A stretch of DNA of 64,000 bases from contig OZ024743.1 of the NCBI GenBank assembly GCA_964016885.1, positions 194,866,001 through 194,930,000 of the forward strand, in the 5' to 3' direction. Numbering within the stretch: position 1 is the stretch's first letter; the number at the start of each line of letters is the position of its first letter. The translations under genes and the position numbers were made by a program. The notes beneath the pieces are model-generated. The model searched no databases, was not told where the DNA came from, and was given only the letters and a program-made list of their open reading frames with translations. The stretch is from Eledone cirrhosa (Eukaryota). Positions 12,261 to 25,668 of the stretch are shown one piece after another.

Positions 12261-12603
12261 TCGTGTCTTTGAGCTCTGCTGATGATCGATCCCAACCGTG
12301 ACCATCCCCACTCAAAGTTTCGTGAAATAGTCTTTAAGACTATACAGGACATTGTAGTTTTTTCAAATTGAAGGATGAGTATTTAAAACTTTATTTTATT
12401 CTGAGATAAGGCTCTATTGATTTTTCCCTGGATTTCACCAAATTCTGTGGATGAATCTATATCCGGATTCTTTTTGAATTGAGTTTGAATTATTTTCCCA
12501 CATCTTACGTTAACTATTTTTCCATTTTGACGCTATAGTCACTTATATATTATAGAATACTCTTGGCTTCTTGCTACAATAATTTCTATACTTTTCATTT
12601 ATA

Positions 12604-12643
<40 letters not shown>

Positions 12644-12677
12644 AGATTTGAATGGATACAGTTTAGTTGAAAGGAAT

Positions 12678-12797
12678 TTATTGACGCGTGTTTCTATAAC
12701 AGTACATAACCTGAAAACAGCTGCTATCTACAAATTATTAGTTATGCAGACAATCAATATTTCAATGTTATTATTTACTGTCATTTCATCAGAATAA
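12678..12797 (-). ncRNA. Type I hammerhead with extended stem II
   Basis: TTATT CTGATGA A ATGACAGT...ACTGTTAT A GAAAC ACGC GT C AATAA. Confidence 0.65.
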
Positions 12798-13484
12798 TAT
12801 TACTGAGGACCTGTTTGGTTTTTATAGAGAATATTAGGCGAGAGGGGTGAAGTTGTTAGAAGATAAGTTGAGGGAGTGGTTTTTTGATAGCAGTGAGAAT
12901 TTTTGGTGGCAGTGAGTAATTAGATTCCCATCTGTTGTTTTGACATTTTTATAGAATATATTATTGGTTATTTTTCTAAATCTATAGAGGGATTAGAGAT
13001 AGTAAAGATATGCGTGGTTGGTTTTGTGTTTGCACTTAATTAACATTCAGACTTAATTTTTTTCTTTCCAGTGTACGTATTCTTTCACCCACGCATTCTC
13101 ACACAAACATATTTGCACCCCTCTACAAAATACATATACTCACATTCACATAGTAACATGTTCATACTTACATACATATACACATGCATACATATATATA
13201 TACACACATGTATTCATGTACATACATACGCGTTCATGTGTGTACATTTTCATACTCAACTTATCTTTATATACACACGTATAGACACACACATATATAC
13301 ATACATACTCTAGTCAATGTGCACATATATACATATACATATATATATATATATATATATAATTACTCACTGCCACCAAAAATTCTCACTGCTATCAAAA
13401 AACCACTCCCTCAACTATTCTTCTAACAACTTCACCCCTCTCGCCTAATATTCTCTATAAAAACCAAACAGGTCCTCAGTAATA

Positions 13485-13605
13485 TTATTCTGATGAAATG
13501 ACAGTAAATAATAACATTGATATATTGATTGTCTGCATAACTAATACTTTGTAGATAGCAGCTGTTTTCAGGTTATGTAACTGTTATAGAAACACGTGTC
13601 AATAA
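13485..13605 (+). ncRNA. Type I hammerhead with extended stem II
   Basis: TTATT CTGATGA [92 nt hairpin] GAAAC ACGT GT C AATAA. Confidence 0.7.
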
Positions 13606-13752
13606 ATTCCTTTCAACTAAACTGTATCCATTCAAATCTTTCTATTTTTCTCCAGATTACTTTTGGAATTTCAACTGGAACCGTCGAGCAAACTCTACGT
13701 GAGCTGTCAATCTACTGTGTGTAATATTTATATTACAACACAACGGAAAATA

Positions 13753-13796
<44 letters not shown>

Positions 13797-14199
13797 ATAT
13801 AAATATATATATATGTATATGAGTATATGTATGTGTGTGTGCGTGTATGTGTATGTGTAACACTAACATTATGGTGTCGTTTATGTAGACTTTTTTCTCT
13901 GGTTGTCAGTTCCGATTCTCAATTTAACTGGTCCAAGATTCTTACCATGTGTTGATATCATTACAGAATTGATGAAATATAAGTTTTGGATCTGGGACCT
14001 GTTTTACCGAAGATCTGAAACAGACAGCCGGAGTTCCACATGGCACGATAGTTAGTGCAATAAATATCTATATGCTACACACTGTTACGACATATTGAGT
14101 GCTCTCCAAACGTAGAATATTCTCAACAAATTACACTACAGTATATATAGTAATGTTGTCACTGATAGTTCTATGTTAACGTTCAAGCAAAGGATAGAA

Positions 14200-14385
14200 G
14201 GTAAGGGCAAACACGTTCTCGGGACACAGGATTTTTCCATTGCTGATATTATCTACCGGTCGCAACTTCAGACAGAGAGAGCTAACTGAAAATAAAGTGT
14301 TTTCCTCAAGGTCATAATCCATCGCTCAATCCGGGAATTGAACATACAATCTCCCGATTGCGAATCCAATTCTTAAACCACTAAT
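14200..14385 (-). mobile_element. Decayed tRNA-head SINE (second family)
   Basis: Reverse complement tagtggtttaag...gttcaattcccgg...ttgaggaaaacactttattttc, similar to 57670-57780. Confidence 0.55.
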
Positions 14386-14386
14386 T

Positions 14387-14483
<97 letters not shown>

Positions 14484-14547
14484 GTATATATATATATAGC
14501 GACAGAGAGAGATGGGTGTGCACAGACGCATCTAGACGCACACACAG

Positions 14548-14577
<30 letters not shown>

Positions 14578-14580
<3 letters not shown>

Positions 14581-15069
14581 AATGGAAAAAATTAAACGAA
14601 ATTTAATTTCTCTCTCTTAGTACGGCAGTTACTTAAATGTAAGTATTTATGTATACGTACATACATATATATATACAGACGTACAGTAGTATGTATATAT
14701 ACACATGCATGTACACATATATATATGTACGTATCGGTTTACCGAACATTTATTATAATGTTCGGGTTGTTTGTAAACAAACATCCCGAATTAAGCCGTA
14801 CAGCGTTTAGCAACCATCGTTGCCCTTTTGTTCAACACTGACAAAGGAACGATGTACTAGTTTCAAGCTTATTACCTATCGTCAGCATCGTATACCTTCC
14901 TGCCAGATGATTGAACGTCTGACAGCATATACTTTCCTTATGCATATTAACGGCTGAGCAGCCTAATTTGCATATCGAGTGAGTTTAGTCGGCCGGGCGC
15001 ACCGAAAACGATAAATGGAAAAAATGAAACGAAATATCATTTCTCCCTCTTAGTACGACAGTTACTTAA

Positions 15070-15074
<5 letters not shown>
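14578..15074 (-). mobile_element. Non-coding HHR-containing retroelement, 433 bp period with about 62 bp terminal redundancy
   Basis: Direct repeat 14581-14641 / 15014-15074; HHR; ATGCAAAT on minus at 14966-14973; lies within (TA)n. Confidence 0.8.
14849..14891 (-). ncRNA. Type I hammerhead
   Basis: ACGATG CTGACGA taggt aata agctt GAAAC TA GT A CATCGT; stem II partly mismatched. Confidence 0.75.
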
Positions 15075-15114
<40 letters not shown>

Positions 15115-15116
<2 letters not shown>

Positions 15117-15308
15117 ACAAAGTGGGTGTGGTAAGATACAAGGTGGACCATAACGTACCAGAGTACTCAATACTTAGGGTAATCGAAACGGCCGGAGCTC
15201 AGCCGTCGGGCTCCTCACTCTGTTCCTATTATCCACTCCACTACCCTAACCATTGAGTACTCTGGTGCGTTGTGGTCCACCTGGTATCTTACCACACCCT
15301 CTTTGTTA
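15115..15308 (+). mobile_element. Short foldback element in (TA)n; family also at 30083-30140, 50040-50180 and 62188-62340
   Basis: About 66 bp inverted arms (15115-15181 / 15242-15308); central GAAACGGC..GCCGTC hairpin shared with the 50 kb and 62 kb copies. Confidence 0.75.
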
Positions 15309-15319
15309 TATATATATAT

Positions 15320-15323
<4 letters not shown>

Positions 15324-15416
<93 letters not shown>

Positions 15417-15422
15417 GAGAGA

Positions 15423-15496
<74 letters not shown>
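15324..15496. repeat. (GA)n microsatellite
   Basis: Seen directly in the sequence. Confidence 0.99.
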
Positions 15497-15500
<4 letters not shown>

Positions 15501-16142
15501 TACGCACAAAACACACACAAATTACATGGATTGGTTTATGTTGTATCTACAAGCATAGAAGCATATTCAATACATAAATGAGAGTGTTTATATTTCCTTT
15601 CGGTTATAATAACCTAATAACACACATACAGACGTACACAATACACAATCCACACAGATAAACATACACGCAAATACAAACATACGCATGTATATAGGTA
15701 TATGTGTGTTTGTGTGTGTTTAGCGAATAGACGTGTGTTAATTTGTTTATGAATGTACATTAGAATATGTTTTGTGAGCAAAACAGTTGGATGGAAAATA
15801 AAATAAATGCTGTACGTAGTATATGAATGATTATATTACATTTAAACTGAAGTTTCAGAATTAATGTTTATTTTATGTTAGCTAGATTTCAAAAGAGATA
15901 TTTTTTTACCGTTTTAAAATATGTCACCCTTTACATGTGGTGATTTCTTTAAAAAATTACCAACATTCATAAAGTATCGATTTACTCAGGAAGTAGAACT
16001 ATCTCAGTATTCATAGTGGTTTTTACCTTCAAGAATAACTCGATTCATTAAATCCGATGCAAACTGATATCACCTCGGGGAAGAGTCCGATTCCAATGAA
16101 ACAGCAATCGCTGCAGAAAATAATATTTCGTATGTATATCTT

Positions 16143-16394
<252 letters not shown>

Positions 16395-17084
16395 CAAGGT
16401 TGCTTATAAGCAACGGGGTTGTTAGTTATGTTTCGATTAGAATCAATACGGTTCAGTAAAATAACATCTGACACCTTGAGGGCAAATATTTCTAGTTTAT
16501 CTTTATAAGCCACATGTTGATATACGTGCTATCCTTCTAGTTCGATAGATTTTGCTATTTCTCCCTCTGTCACTAATGTAGCTTCATCTAGTTTGTGTTA
16601 TCCTTTACCATTCTTCGTTTATTTGTATCCAATTTTGCAATTCCTTTCTCTTGATGTTTAGTGGTACTATAATGTAGCGGCCTGGTGGTGGTTTGGCATT
16701 GTTTGGTATTGTACATTTGAATCCAGAGATAGCAATGAACAATTTCCATAGAAAGTTGTGAAAGCTTTGAAGTTGAATGTACATGCAATGCGTTTTGGTA
16801 ACGTTTTGGGTTAAAAGAACGACCTTTTTAGCGCCTTTTATAAATGATGAGCCTTATTGTACTGAAGGTATGCTCAACAATATAGCTATATCTGAACCTT
16901 TTCAATTGCTGTACATATATAGAACCAGCATGCTTTATCGTATTTCATAGCACGCAGGCACCATTCGTATCTGAAGCCTCGAGAATGCACGTACACAAAC
17001 ATACATATTCGTACACATACACACGTGTTCGCACATCACACACAAGCAAGTAAGTATGTATCTATCTATATATATATGTATGTA

Positions 17085-17191
<107 letters not shown>

Positions 17192-17196
17192 ATATA

Positions 17197-17234
<38 letters not shown>

Positions 17235-17425
17235 AATATATATATACACACTCACACACACATACATATATGTAATATATAAGTATATATATTCGAGCTA
17301 CTAAAAGAGTTTGGAATGAACGATGGCAAAACTGTGATTAGCGAAATAGTGTATCTTCAATTTTAAGCACCGAAAGGCTCCTGCGTGTTTCGAACACTTT
17401 TCTTCTGTTTTTCCAAGGAATCACC

Positions 17426-17560
<135 letters not shown>

Positions 17561-17630
17561 CCCTTGTTCAAATATCAATCTATCTATCTTTCAATCTATA
17601 TATCTATCTATCTATCTATATATCTATCTA

Positions 17631-17698
<68 letters not shown>

Positions 17699-17702
<4 letters not shown>

Positions 17703-19459
17703 AAAATGGAACGGGAACAAAACAAAGAGGCAGTACGAACAAAGGTTTATTAGTTTCACGCTCTTGAGAGTGGGGTGTTGTTGGTGGGGAACGACGTTTC
17801 GGGCATAAGCTCTTCTTCAGGTGAAAAGTGTATGGGAAGGGAGTTCGAAGGGTGTGTTGGGAAGTGGGGGAGAGACATTTAGAAAAAAGGGGTGAGAGTA
17901 AACGGTACAAATGAAAATACATATAAAAACATAATTAAAATAGAAAAAATCATGAAGATAAACAAGTGGTGGAACGATGTGGGGCGTGTAGGGATGGTGG
18001 CGAGTGGAGTGGGGAGTGGGAGGCGGGGTGTCCGAGCGGGGAGGGCTGAAGGTGGTGTGTGTGTGTAGGTGTACGTGTGTGTGTGTGTTTGTGTGTGTAT
18101 GTGAATGTGAGAGTTGGGGGAAGAACGGGGTTCCATGTTCAGGAAAAGGTGTGTGTGGGGTGGGGTGTAGGTCGGTGTGTGTGTGTGGATGGGGAGGGGT
18201 CAGAGGGGTGGGGGAGGATTCCTGAGGCAGAGTGTGTAAATATACGGTGGTACGCACGTGTGTGTGGTGTTTATACGTATTGTGGATGTAGGTGGCGTGT
18301 GGGAAAAAAATATTTGTGAGTGTATGTCCGTGGGTAAGTTCCTAAGGTAGTTCCGTAGAAGATGTGGTGGTATGCCGGATATTTTCCTTGTGATGGAGTT
18401 CATTCGTGGGAACGATGTCCAATGTGTGTAATCCGTGGTTGGGTTGGTCGGAAGATGTGAGATGCGGGGTGCGCGCACAACAGGAAGTGGTCAGAGGGTC
18501 AAGGCAGGGTTGTGTGTCTGTGCGTGCGGAGAGGTGGTCAGACGGTCAGGGCATAGCAGCAGTAGAGGAGAAAGGCAGGTGGAGAAAGTCGGTGTGTCAG
18601 TGTGTGCGGAGGTGCGATGGACAGGGGAGAGGATGGGTAGGTGTGAAAGGTGGAGTGGGGGTGTATTAGTGGGATATGTGTGTGTGGGGGGGGGTGGAGC
18701 GGGGAGAGGGAGAGGGAGAGATAGGTGTGGGGGCCGGTTGAGGGAGTGTAGTGTACCGTAGTGTGTGTGCGTGTTTGGATGAATGTGTGTGTGGTGAAGG
18801 GGGTGTTAGTGGGTGTTAGTATACTGGTGGTGGGGAAAGGGTTGAATGTGGGTGTGTTAGTGGGGGTCAGTGGTGTAAGTGGGTGTGGGTGGGTATTTGT
18901 GTTCGTGAGCGTGGGTCGGGGGGGTATTGGTATTAGTTGTGGGGTGGTGGGAGTGGATGTGTGTGTGAGGGTTAGTGGTGGTAGTAGGGTGTGTGGTTAG
19001 TGTGAGTGCGTGCATATATGTACCGGTGGGTGTGTGCGTGATAGGGGGAGGGGGGAGAAAGGATGTTAGTATTGTTAGTTGGGGAAGGGTGGTCGGTGGT
19101 TGGGTTGTTAGTATTGTTAGTTGTGGGGTGGTCGGTGAAAAGGAGGAGTGTGTTAGTGGTGTTAGTGGGGTATATGTGTGTGTGGGGGGGAGGAACAGGG
19201 CGGTCGAAGGCTAAAGGAATAAGGGTGGGGAGTTCAGGCTGGAGGGAGTGTGGGTCTGTAGGGTGAAGATGGTGCGTTGTTCGACTCTGAGGAGCGTGGC
19301 GGGTGTACCATGGCATTGGAGTAGGCCACAGACTGTGAGGTGGTGCGCGGAATGTCCAGGGGAGCCAAAGTGGCGGGCGATGGGGGAACTACCGCCGAGA
19401 CGAATATCCCGGAGGTGTTCGGTAAGACGGTCCGCCAGGCGAAGTCCAGTCTGTCCGAC

Positions 19460-19462
<3 letters not shown>
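17699..19462 (-). mobile_element. 5'-truncated PLE: GIY-YIG C-terminal half (19211-19462) plus about 1.5 kb CA-rich 3' region
   Basis: YVGQTGLRLADRLTEH...PIARHF...H...EQRTIFTLQTHTPSSLN; (TA)n at both ends; HHR near the 3' end. Confidence 0.9.
17790..17823 (-). ncRNA. Minimal type I hammerhead
   Basis: ac CTGAAGA A GAGC TTAT GCCC GAAAC GT C gt; one stem II mismatch. Confidence 0.75.
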
Positions 19463-19499
<37 letters not shown>

Positions 19500-19669
19500 G
19501 CTGGATATATATATGCATGTAAACATGTATGTATGTGTATAATCCATAATCTGTCTTCCATTAGACTGTCTTATAGAATATGATAACCTGGTATACAGAC
19601 ATATATCTGGGTTAGTGTTGCTTGCTAAACGTAATAAACGCACATCTCTTGTTTTATACATTAGCGTGT

Positions 19670-19890
19670 TAGTTTGGGAGAATCATTAGAGCGTCGCACA
19701 AATTATTTTGCCGCTTTCTTTCAGCGTTTCAGCGTTCTGAGTTCGAATCTCATTTAGGTCAAATTTGATTATCATCCTTCCGTAGGCTATAAAAACAAAG
19801 TACAATTTGAATACTTAGGTTTATTTCCTCGATTCACCACAGCTACAAAAGAAGATTCTGTCGTTGTGCTTCCATTAGAACAATTACTCA
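19670..19890 (+). mobile_element. Decayed Nin-domain SINE
   Basis: ttctgagttcgaatc...gtcaaatttgattatcatccttcc...ttagaacaatta. Confidence 0.55.
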
Positions 19891-21479
19891 GCAAACTTGA
19901 AATAAAGAAAATTGTTTTTGTGTACACCGCTTAGAATTTTCCTAGCACTAAATGTCCTTAATTATTAATGGTAGAAGAAGAACCCAAAACTTATATATTC
20001 TCTGCAATGATAACAATTTGAACGACATCATCAGATATTGTTCAGCAGATGAAATTTATCGCACAGAAATAGCAAGAAAAAAAAAACCCGCTGGTTTATT
20101 TTCCCCAACTGTATTACTATTAAATTCAGCTATACAAATATAATGTTATAGTTATTGTATTGATATATATCAGAAGTAGGCTATAACCCCCGATGAGGAA
20201 ACAAAAGCTATATGTAAAGCAATGCCGATAAACATAAACCAGGGCGGTAAGTTTTTTTATATTTTTTGTCACATAAAGTGTTACGTATAGAGAAATTACA
20301 ATTCTGTGACTTATATGCATATCCCATATCTCTTGTGGTGTACATGAAACAAAATCTTTAAATTCATCTACATCCCGGCGAACGGAGTACATTACGGTGT
20401 TCTGTGCAATCAATATATGTATTGATTTTTTTCTTCGTTACAAGCGCAATAAATTTGTACAGTTGATTAAATCAACCAAGTACTTGACTGGTATTTAATT
20501 TATTGACCGTGGATTGTTGAATGGCATATATCAATTTCTGCTCTACTACTATTTACAATTACTGTTAAATAATATATGAAGTGAATGAATACGATTACAA
20601 TAGCAATCAGTTCTACCTTTTCAACACAAGGGAAGACAATATAACAACTCTCTTCATGAACTTCATTGGTAAACAGAAACCTAGCATAGAAAATAATATT
20701 ACTTTCAACAAAAACTTATTAACATACTACATCACTGCAAAGTGATATTGTTTAAATAGGATCATTTTGTCCGCTCTGTGCCAAAGGATGAATCTTACAA
20801 TCAAACGTTCCCACAGACAGATAAAATGTAACACCAAAGGAGATTTATTTAATGAGACATTCTCTGCTCAACGTTAATGTAATTAAATGGGAGTAAACAG
20901 CTAAAGTAACATCTGCTCAGGGTAAAAGGCAGCTTCAAACGTTGCCTAGCACGGCCGTACAGAGCTAGACCTTTGAATGTATAGGTATCCAGCATTGTTT
21001 CAATACCTTGGCTAAACCCTACTATTCTTATCTCGAGTTTAAAACAGTTTAACTACAGTTTCAACCCCTAAACTTGTGATTTGATGTTACTCCTTACTTC
21101 TGGCATTACAAAGATGTTTCTATTGGTTGAAACTTATTTTTCTATATAGATAACAGCACGTTGTTTACGGTAGATAGAATACAAATACAAACACTGTTAT
21201 GCATAAAATATGGAACTCTGAAGAGTACACAGGGTAACGTAGAGGTTCGAAAGGAATATTATAAAGGTAATAGATTAACATTGGAACTATATAAGAATAA
21301 ATGAACAAAAGAGTCATAAAAGGAGGTAATAAGAATTAACACACCAAATAAAAAGTACTTGAAGGGCCCTCTCGTAGGAACTTTCTTTACTGTGTTTCGA
21401 CACATTTCAACGTCACATGGGAGATCATTCTGCGTCATATAATCTTTCAATGACATTTACCAGAAAAATCTGGGCTGTC

Positions 21480-22095
21480 GTGGATTGATTACCAAAATTA
21501 ATTTTATAGAACCCGAGACGCGTCCTCGCAAGGAATCCTGTGCAGTCACGCTACATATAAATGGAGATCCATTGAAGCGTGTAGAACTTCAAGTATCACG
21601 GGGTCATGTACACAAGTGATGGAAGGCACGAGGCTGAATTAAGTGCAAGAAGTTCAAAAGCTGGTGCAGTAATGCGACAGATTCTGCATTCAGTAATCAG
21701 AAGGGAGGTAGTTGCAAAAGCCAAACTCGCTATCTCCAATTCGGTTTTCGCGCCAACCCTTACCTATGGTCATGAATCTTGGGTAATAACCGAAATCATA
21801 CGATCGCGAATACAAGCAGCCGAAAGGGCAATCCTCCAAAGGGTATTTGGAGTAACGATACTCGATAAAGTGTGGATCTCGGAGATCAGCGGGTCACTCC
21901 AGGTAGAGCTGCCACTTATCCCAATTGAATCATTACAGCTCCGATACTATGGGCATGGGGTTCGAATCTCTGGTAACGCTTGGGCATCCAGCCGTATCAG
22001 TTGCAGACGGTTACTTCTGACAGAACCTGCTGAAAGGAGTGTTTGAAGACTCTTCCCCCACGATCTTCTCAGGAATAAGAGGACGAAGAAGAAGA
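21480..22095 (+). mobile_element. RTE-clade LINE 3' fragment
   Basis: KAKLAI.NSVFAPTLTYGHESWV.TE..RSRIQAAE...L.R..G.T..D.V...EI...LQVE..L..IE..QLRYYGH; 3' end matches the element at 41190. Confidence 0.9.
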
Positions 22096-22861
22096 GACCC
22101 AGATTGTACGATATTGGTGGCACTCAACAAACATTTTGTAGCCGAACAGTAACATAATAACGCAACCATTCCATGTCAATATGAAAACAATATCATTACT
22201 GCACAAAAATAATATTATTCAAAACAACATGCTCATGAAAATAGGAATCTTCCAGGAAGACATTTTGTTTACTCTGTGGCTTAGCTTTGAATGAATTAAC
22301 GAATCTATTGAATAGAACTGTCAATGTCTGTAATTCCTATGGACGAGACATAAATGATATCCTTTATATGCATTGTGTACAGATATGTACAGGGTATAAT
22401 ACCTAGATGGAAAACCTATTACACATGTAGATAAATGCAGGGAAAACATAAAAATGTGCATAGGATTAGATAAATCGCCTACGAACAGAGAAGTTAACTA
22501 AAGCTCAGAACATTAAACGAGATAGAGACACCGAAATCAGAATTAAATCAGAATGCCATACAAATACTTAAGTGTGCACCAAACTGAGAAAGTACAACAC
22601 ACTGAAATGGAGGAGAAATTTAGAATAGTGCACTACAAAAGAAATAAATGCTAGAAATAAAATAACAGGTGTAAATAAACTAAAATTCGAGTTATAAAGA
22701 ACGGCGTCAACAAAAACGTAAGCGCAGTGAATCGAAGAGCTAAGAGCTAGACCGAAAAATAAGAAACATTTAACAATCTGAAAGTTGATACCTCTAAAAT
22801 ATACCTAGCCGGCAACATAATAATAACCGGGTCTGATTCAAATGAAAACTACTACAAAATA

Positions 22862-23082
22862 ATGGTTTCTAATATAGGTACAAGGCTAGTAATTTGAAGG
22901 GACGGGGGGGGGGGGTCGATTAAATCGATCTCAGTGTGTTAACACACTTTATTTTATCAACCTCGTAACGATGAAAGGCAAAGTAATCTCGGCGTGATTT
23001 GAACTCGGACAGTAAAGCGCCGTATCTCTAGGCTACAAAGCATGGTGTCCGACGCTCTACCGATCCTGCCAATCCGCCGCCC
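22862..23082 (-). mobile_element. Nin-domain SINE
   Basis: Reverse complement ggcggcggattggcaggatcggtagagcgtcggac...gagttcaaatc...gcctttcatc...ttagaaaccatta. Confidence 0.85.
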
Positions 23083-23599
23083 TAAACTACAACAACATAA
23101 TAACAGTAAGGTTCGAACATTGCTGCGAAGACAGCAAAGGGAAACTACCTTGTATGATAAGGACACGAAGAAAACAAAACCTGTCTCTATCAAGAAACTA
23201 TACAGATTAAACAGAAAAATAAATATCAGTCGGATGGAAAGCAATAATGACTCAAATGTGATGGGCTAAAAAGAAAATTAGGTTTCATTTTAGGTTCACA
23301 ATTAACAATTTCATGACTGCATTTCTAATGAAATACACTATCTTGATTAATTAATAAAGAATTTTGAAGTATTTACTAAAATTATAAATTATTTCATTAC
23401 TAAGACAATATCTGAATGTAAGGTTCTTATATAACATTATGTTGGAAGATTTTAATTAAAATTGGAAACCTTTAAAATGGGTGGTTTTATTTCATAGAAC
23501 CAAAGCCGGTTTTGGTCCTGTTGATAACTCAATGGTTAAAACGCCTAGCCATTATGATGGTGAACAACAAATAGTAGTTTAAAGTGAAAACCATTTAAC

Positions 23600-23940
23600 T
23601 ATTAGAGTATGCCATTTGATCGCATCATCTTTAGTTGCCCAGGTATTATATATTTTAATATATCCACTGAGAGGCTGAGAAGGCAGCTACATCTACTTGG
23701 GATTATCCCGACACTTTGACATGGGGACAAATGATTAGAAATTGTATAGAATTTTCTAAACATAGTACATAAGAACAACCTGGTCACACCTATCTAAAAC
23801 CTACAGGTCCAGACCTAATGGGTGATCAATATACACACACCCAAAATAATTATGAAAGAGTGGAATGAAATCATACCTTCTCTGATATACATCTGTTTAC
23901 CTTCTGATGAAATCTTTGTCCGAAACAAGGTGGGTAATTA
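23600..23940 (+). mobile_element. Highly decayed PLE GIY-YIG end with HHR remnant
   Basis: Traces of IIY..YxG and E..W...LKT..PNG.N; ttacctt CTGATGA..tcc GAAAC..gggtaa at 23897-23937. Confidence 0.4.
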
Positions 23941-25630
23941 TTAAAATGCAAGGATCAACTATCTTGTATGCGAAATAAACTGAGTGTGATGTAAGAACTG
24001 TATCAATAATACGTTCTACTTAACTTCAAGTCCCCACCTAACTGGCAATACTCCTTGAAATGCACTGGCTAAGTATTGTGGCATGAGCTTATGAATGGAC
24101 ATATGGAGCACTATTTCTGATTATCGCATCAATTCCTTTTACCCCTGCAACACCAAACAGCTATTTTAGCATAATTTTGCTGCTCAATAGACATCACTTC
24201 TGAGTACACACGAACTTGATACTCATGTTGCGTTTTTAAGGATACATTACATGACCCTTGCTCCTCCTAATTTTGCATGGCATGATTATGTTACTTAACG
24301 TCTCGTTTGTACTCGACCTTTTCGTGCCCAAATAAAACAGAAAAATACAAAAACCAACTTAAGCCACCTCCTTTGTAGTAGCTCAGCCACACGACAAAGA
24401 ATCAAGAATTCATTTTTTTTTTTTTAAGAGCAACAATATATAATTCAATACAGAAGAATATACGTCGTGCAAACGAGAAAGCAATAATAACAATATTGAT
24501 ATGGGTGATGAGGATGATGGTGATGACGATGATGATGATGAAAGAAATTTTGAAAGCTGTGAGGTAACCATCACTATCGGAAGTTCACCAACAAGGAGGA
24601 GTAGTTCTGAGAGAAAAGGAAACACCTATAAATTGACCATATTCTTACAAAATCTATTATCCACAGATTACGAAAAGAAATCTTATAACCACAAATAAAA
24701 GAGAAGTAATTATATAATTCTCCCTTCAGACAGGATAAAAGATGGACGTTATAGATTTCCCGATATAACCAAAGTTACACAAAATAAGTGAACCGGAACC
24801 GATATACTAAAGCTAGACAGAAAAAAAAAATGTTTAGAATCTTTTCTGTGATATCAAATATATAATATATTAGATTTACTCTTATACATATCTAACAGTT
24901 CTTCGTCTTTCAGATTTTGAAATTGTGTAAAATATTCTTGTCTTATTTGTTGATATATATTCATATAATGCTTTCCTAGCTTCACGTTCTTCTTAAAATG
25001 TGTGTCATCAAATCTCTAACACTTAACGAAATAATTAATAGTATCACATTCCGCACAGTTGGCGACTTGTCAGCTTCGTGAAAACATCGGACCAAATAAT
25101 TTGTAGGTATTAGTCCCGACGCTCTTTGTTCAATACCTAACCTGGTCAACTGCATGTCATTCTTACTACCTCTTTTTCTCGAAAAAAATCCGCTGAATGG
25201 GCTATGGGCTCCACCAGCTTTACAAAATGCGCTAGACAAGCTATATGTAACGACTGCGCAACTTCGACTACATCTGGAGTTACGGATTTTTTACATATAC
25301 TTCCCACCACTTCTCTGAATGTAACACGATTATTCTCCGCTTCCATCTCTTTCTTCTCATATATGTATATGGATGATTACATATTTATATGTGATATCAA
25401 CACACATTTCGGAAATATACATATTTGCAAAACGTTATTTGTGTGAGCGCACTTGCATGCATAAACACACGTACTTTCAAACACGTATCCACACGTACCA
25501 ATATATATATATATATATATTTTATATGTATGTATAAAATGTATATATATATATATATAAAGAAAAAAAGATGAAATCGAAAATGCAACTGGAGTCTTAT
25601 TTAAAAAAATATATATATATTTATTTGGTT

Positions 25631-25668
25631 CCTTTACCGGTTTCGCAGTTCTTCTGCTTTTCAAAAAT
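25631..25668 (-). ncRNA. Hammerhead, U3-A8 variant (inverted pLTR copy)
   Basis: Same motif as 3024-3061. Confidence 0.65.

Larger units (their letters stand above)
12641..13643. mobile_element. Inverted pair of about 280 bp PLE pLTR-like repeats (12641-12921 / 13361-13643)
   Basis: Near-identical reverse-complement arms, each next to (TA)n and each carrying a HHR. Confidence 0.85.

Noticed and set aside
13646-13755. Splice acceptor tttttctccag and a possible exon
   Set aside because: It is contiguous with the pLTR arm, has stops, and has no partner exons.
23230-23540. TTAA-ended MITE-like repeat (ends ggttaa)
   Set aside because: No matching left TIR could be located.
24501-24545. Acidic poly-Asp ORF
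   Set aside because: It is a (GAT)n trinucleotide repeat.
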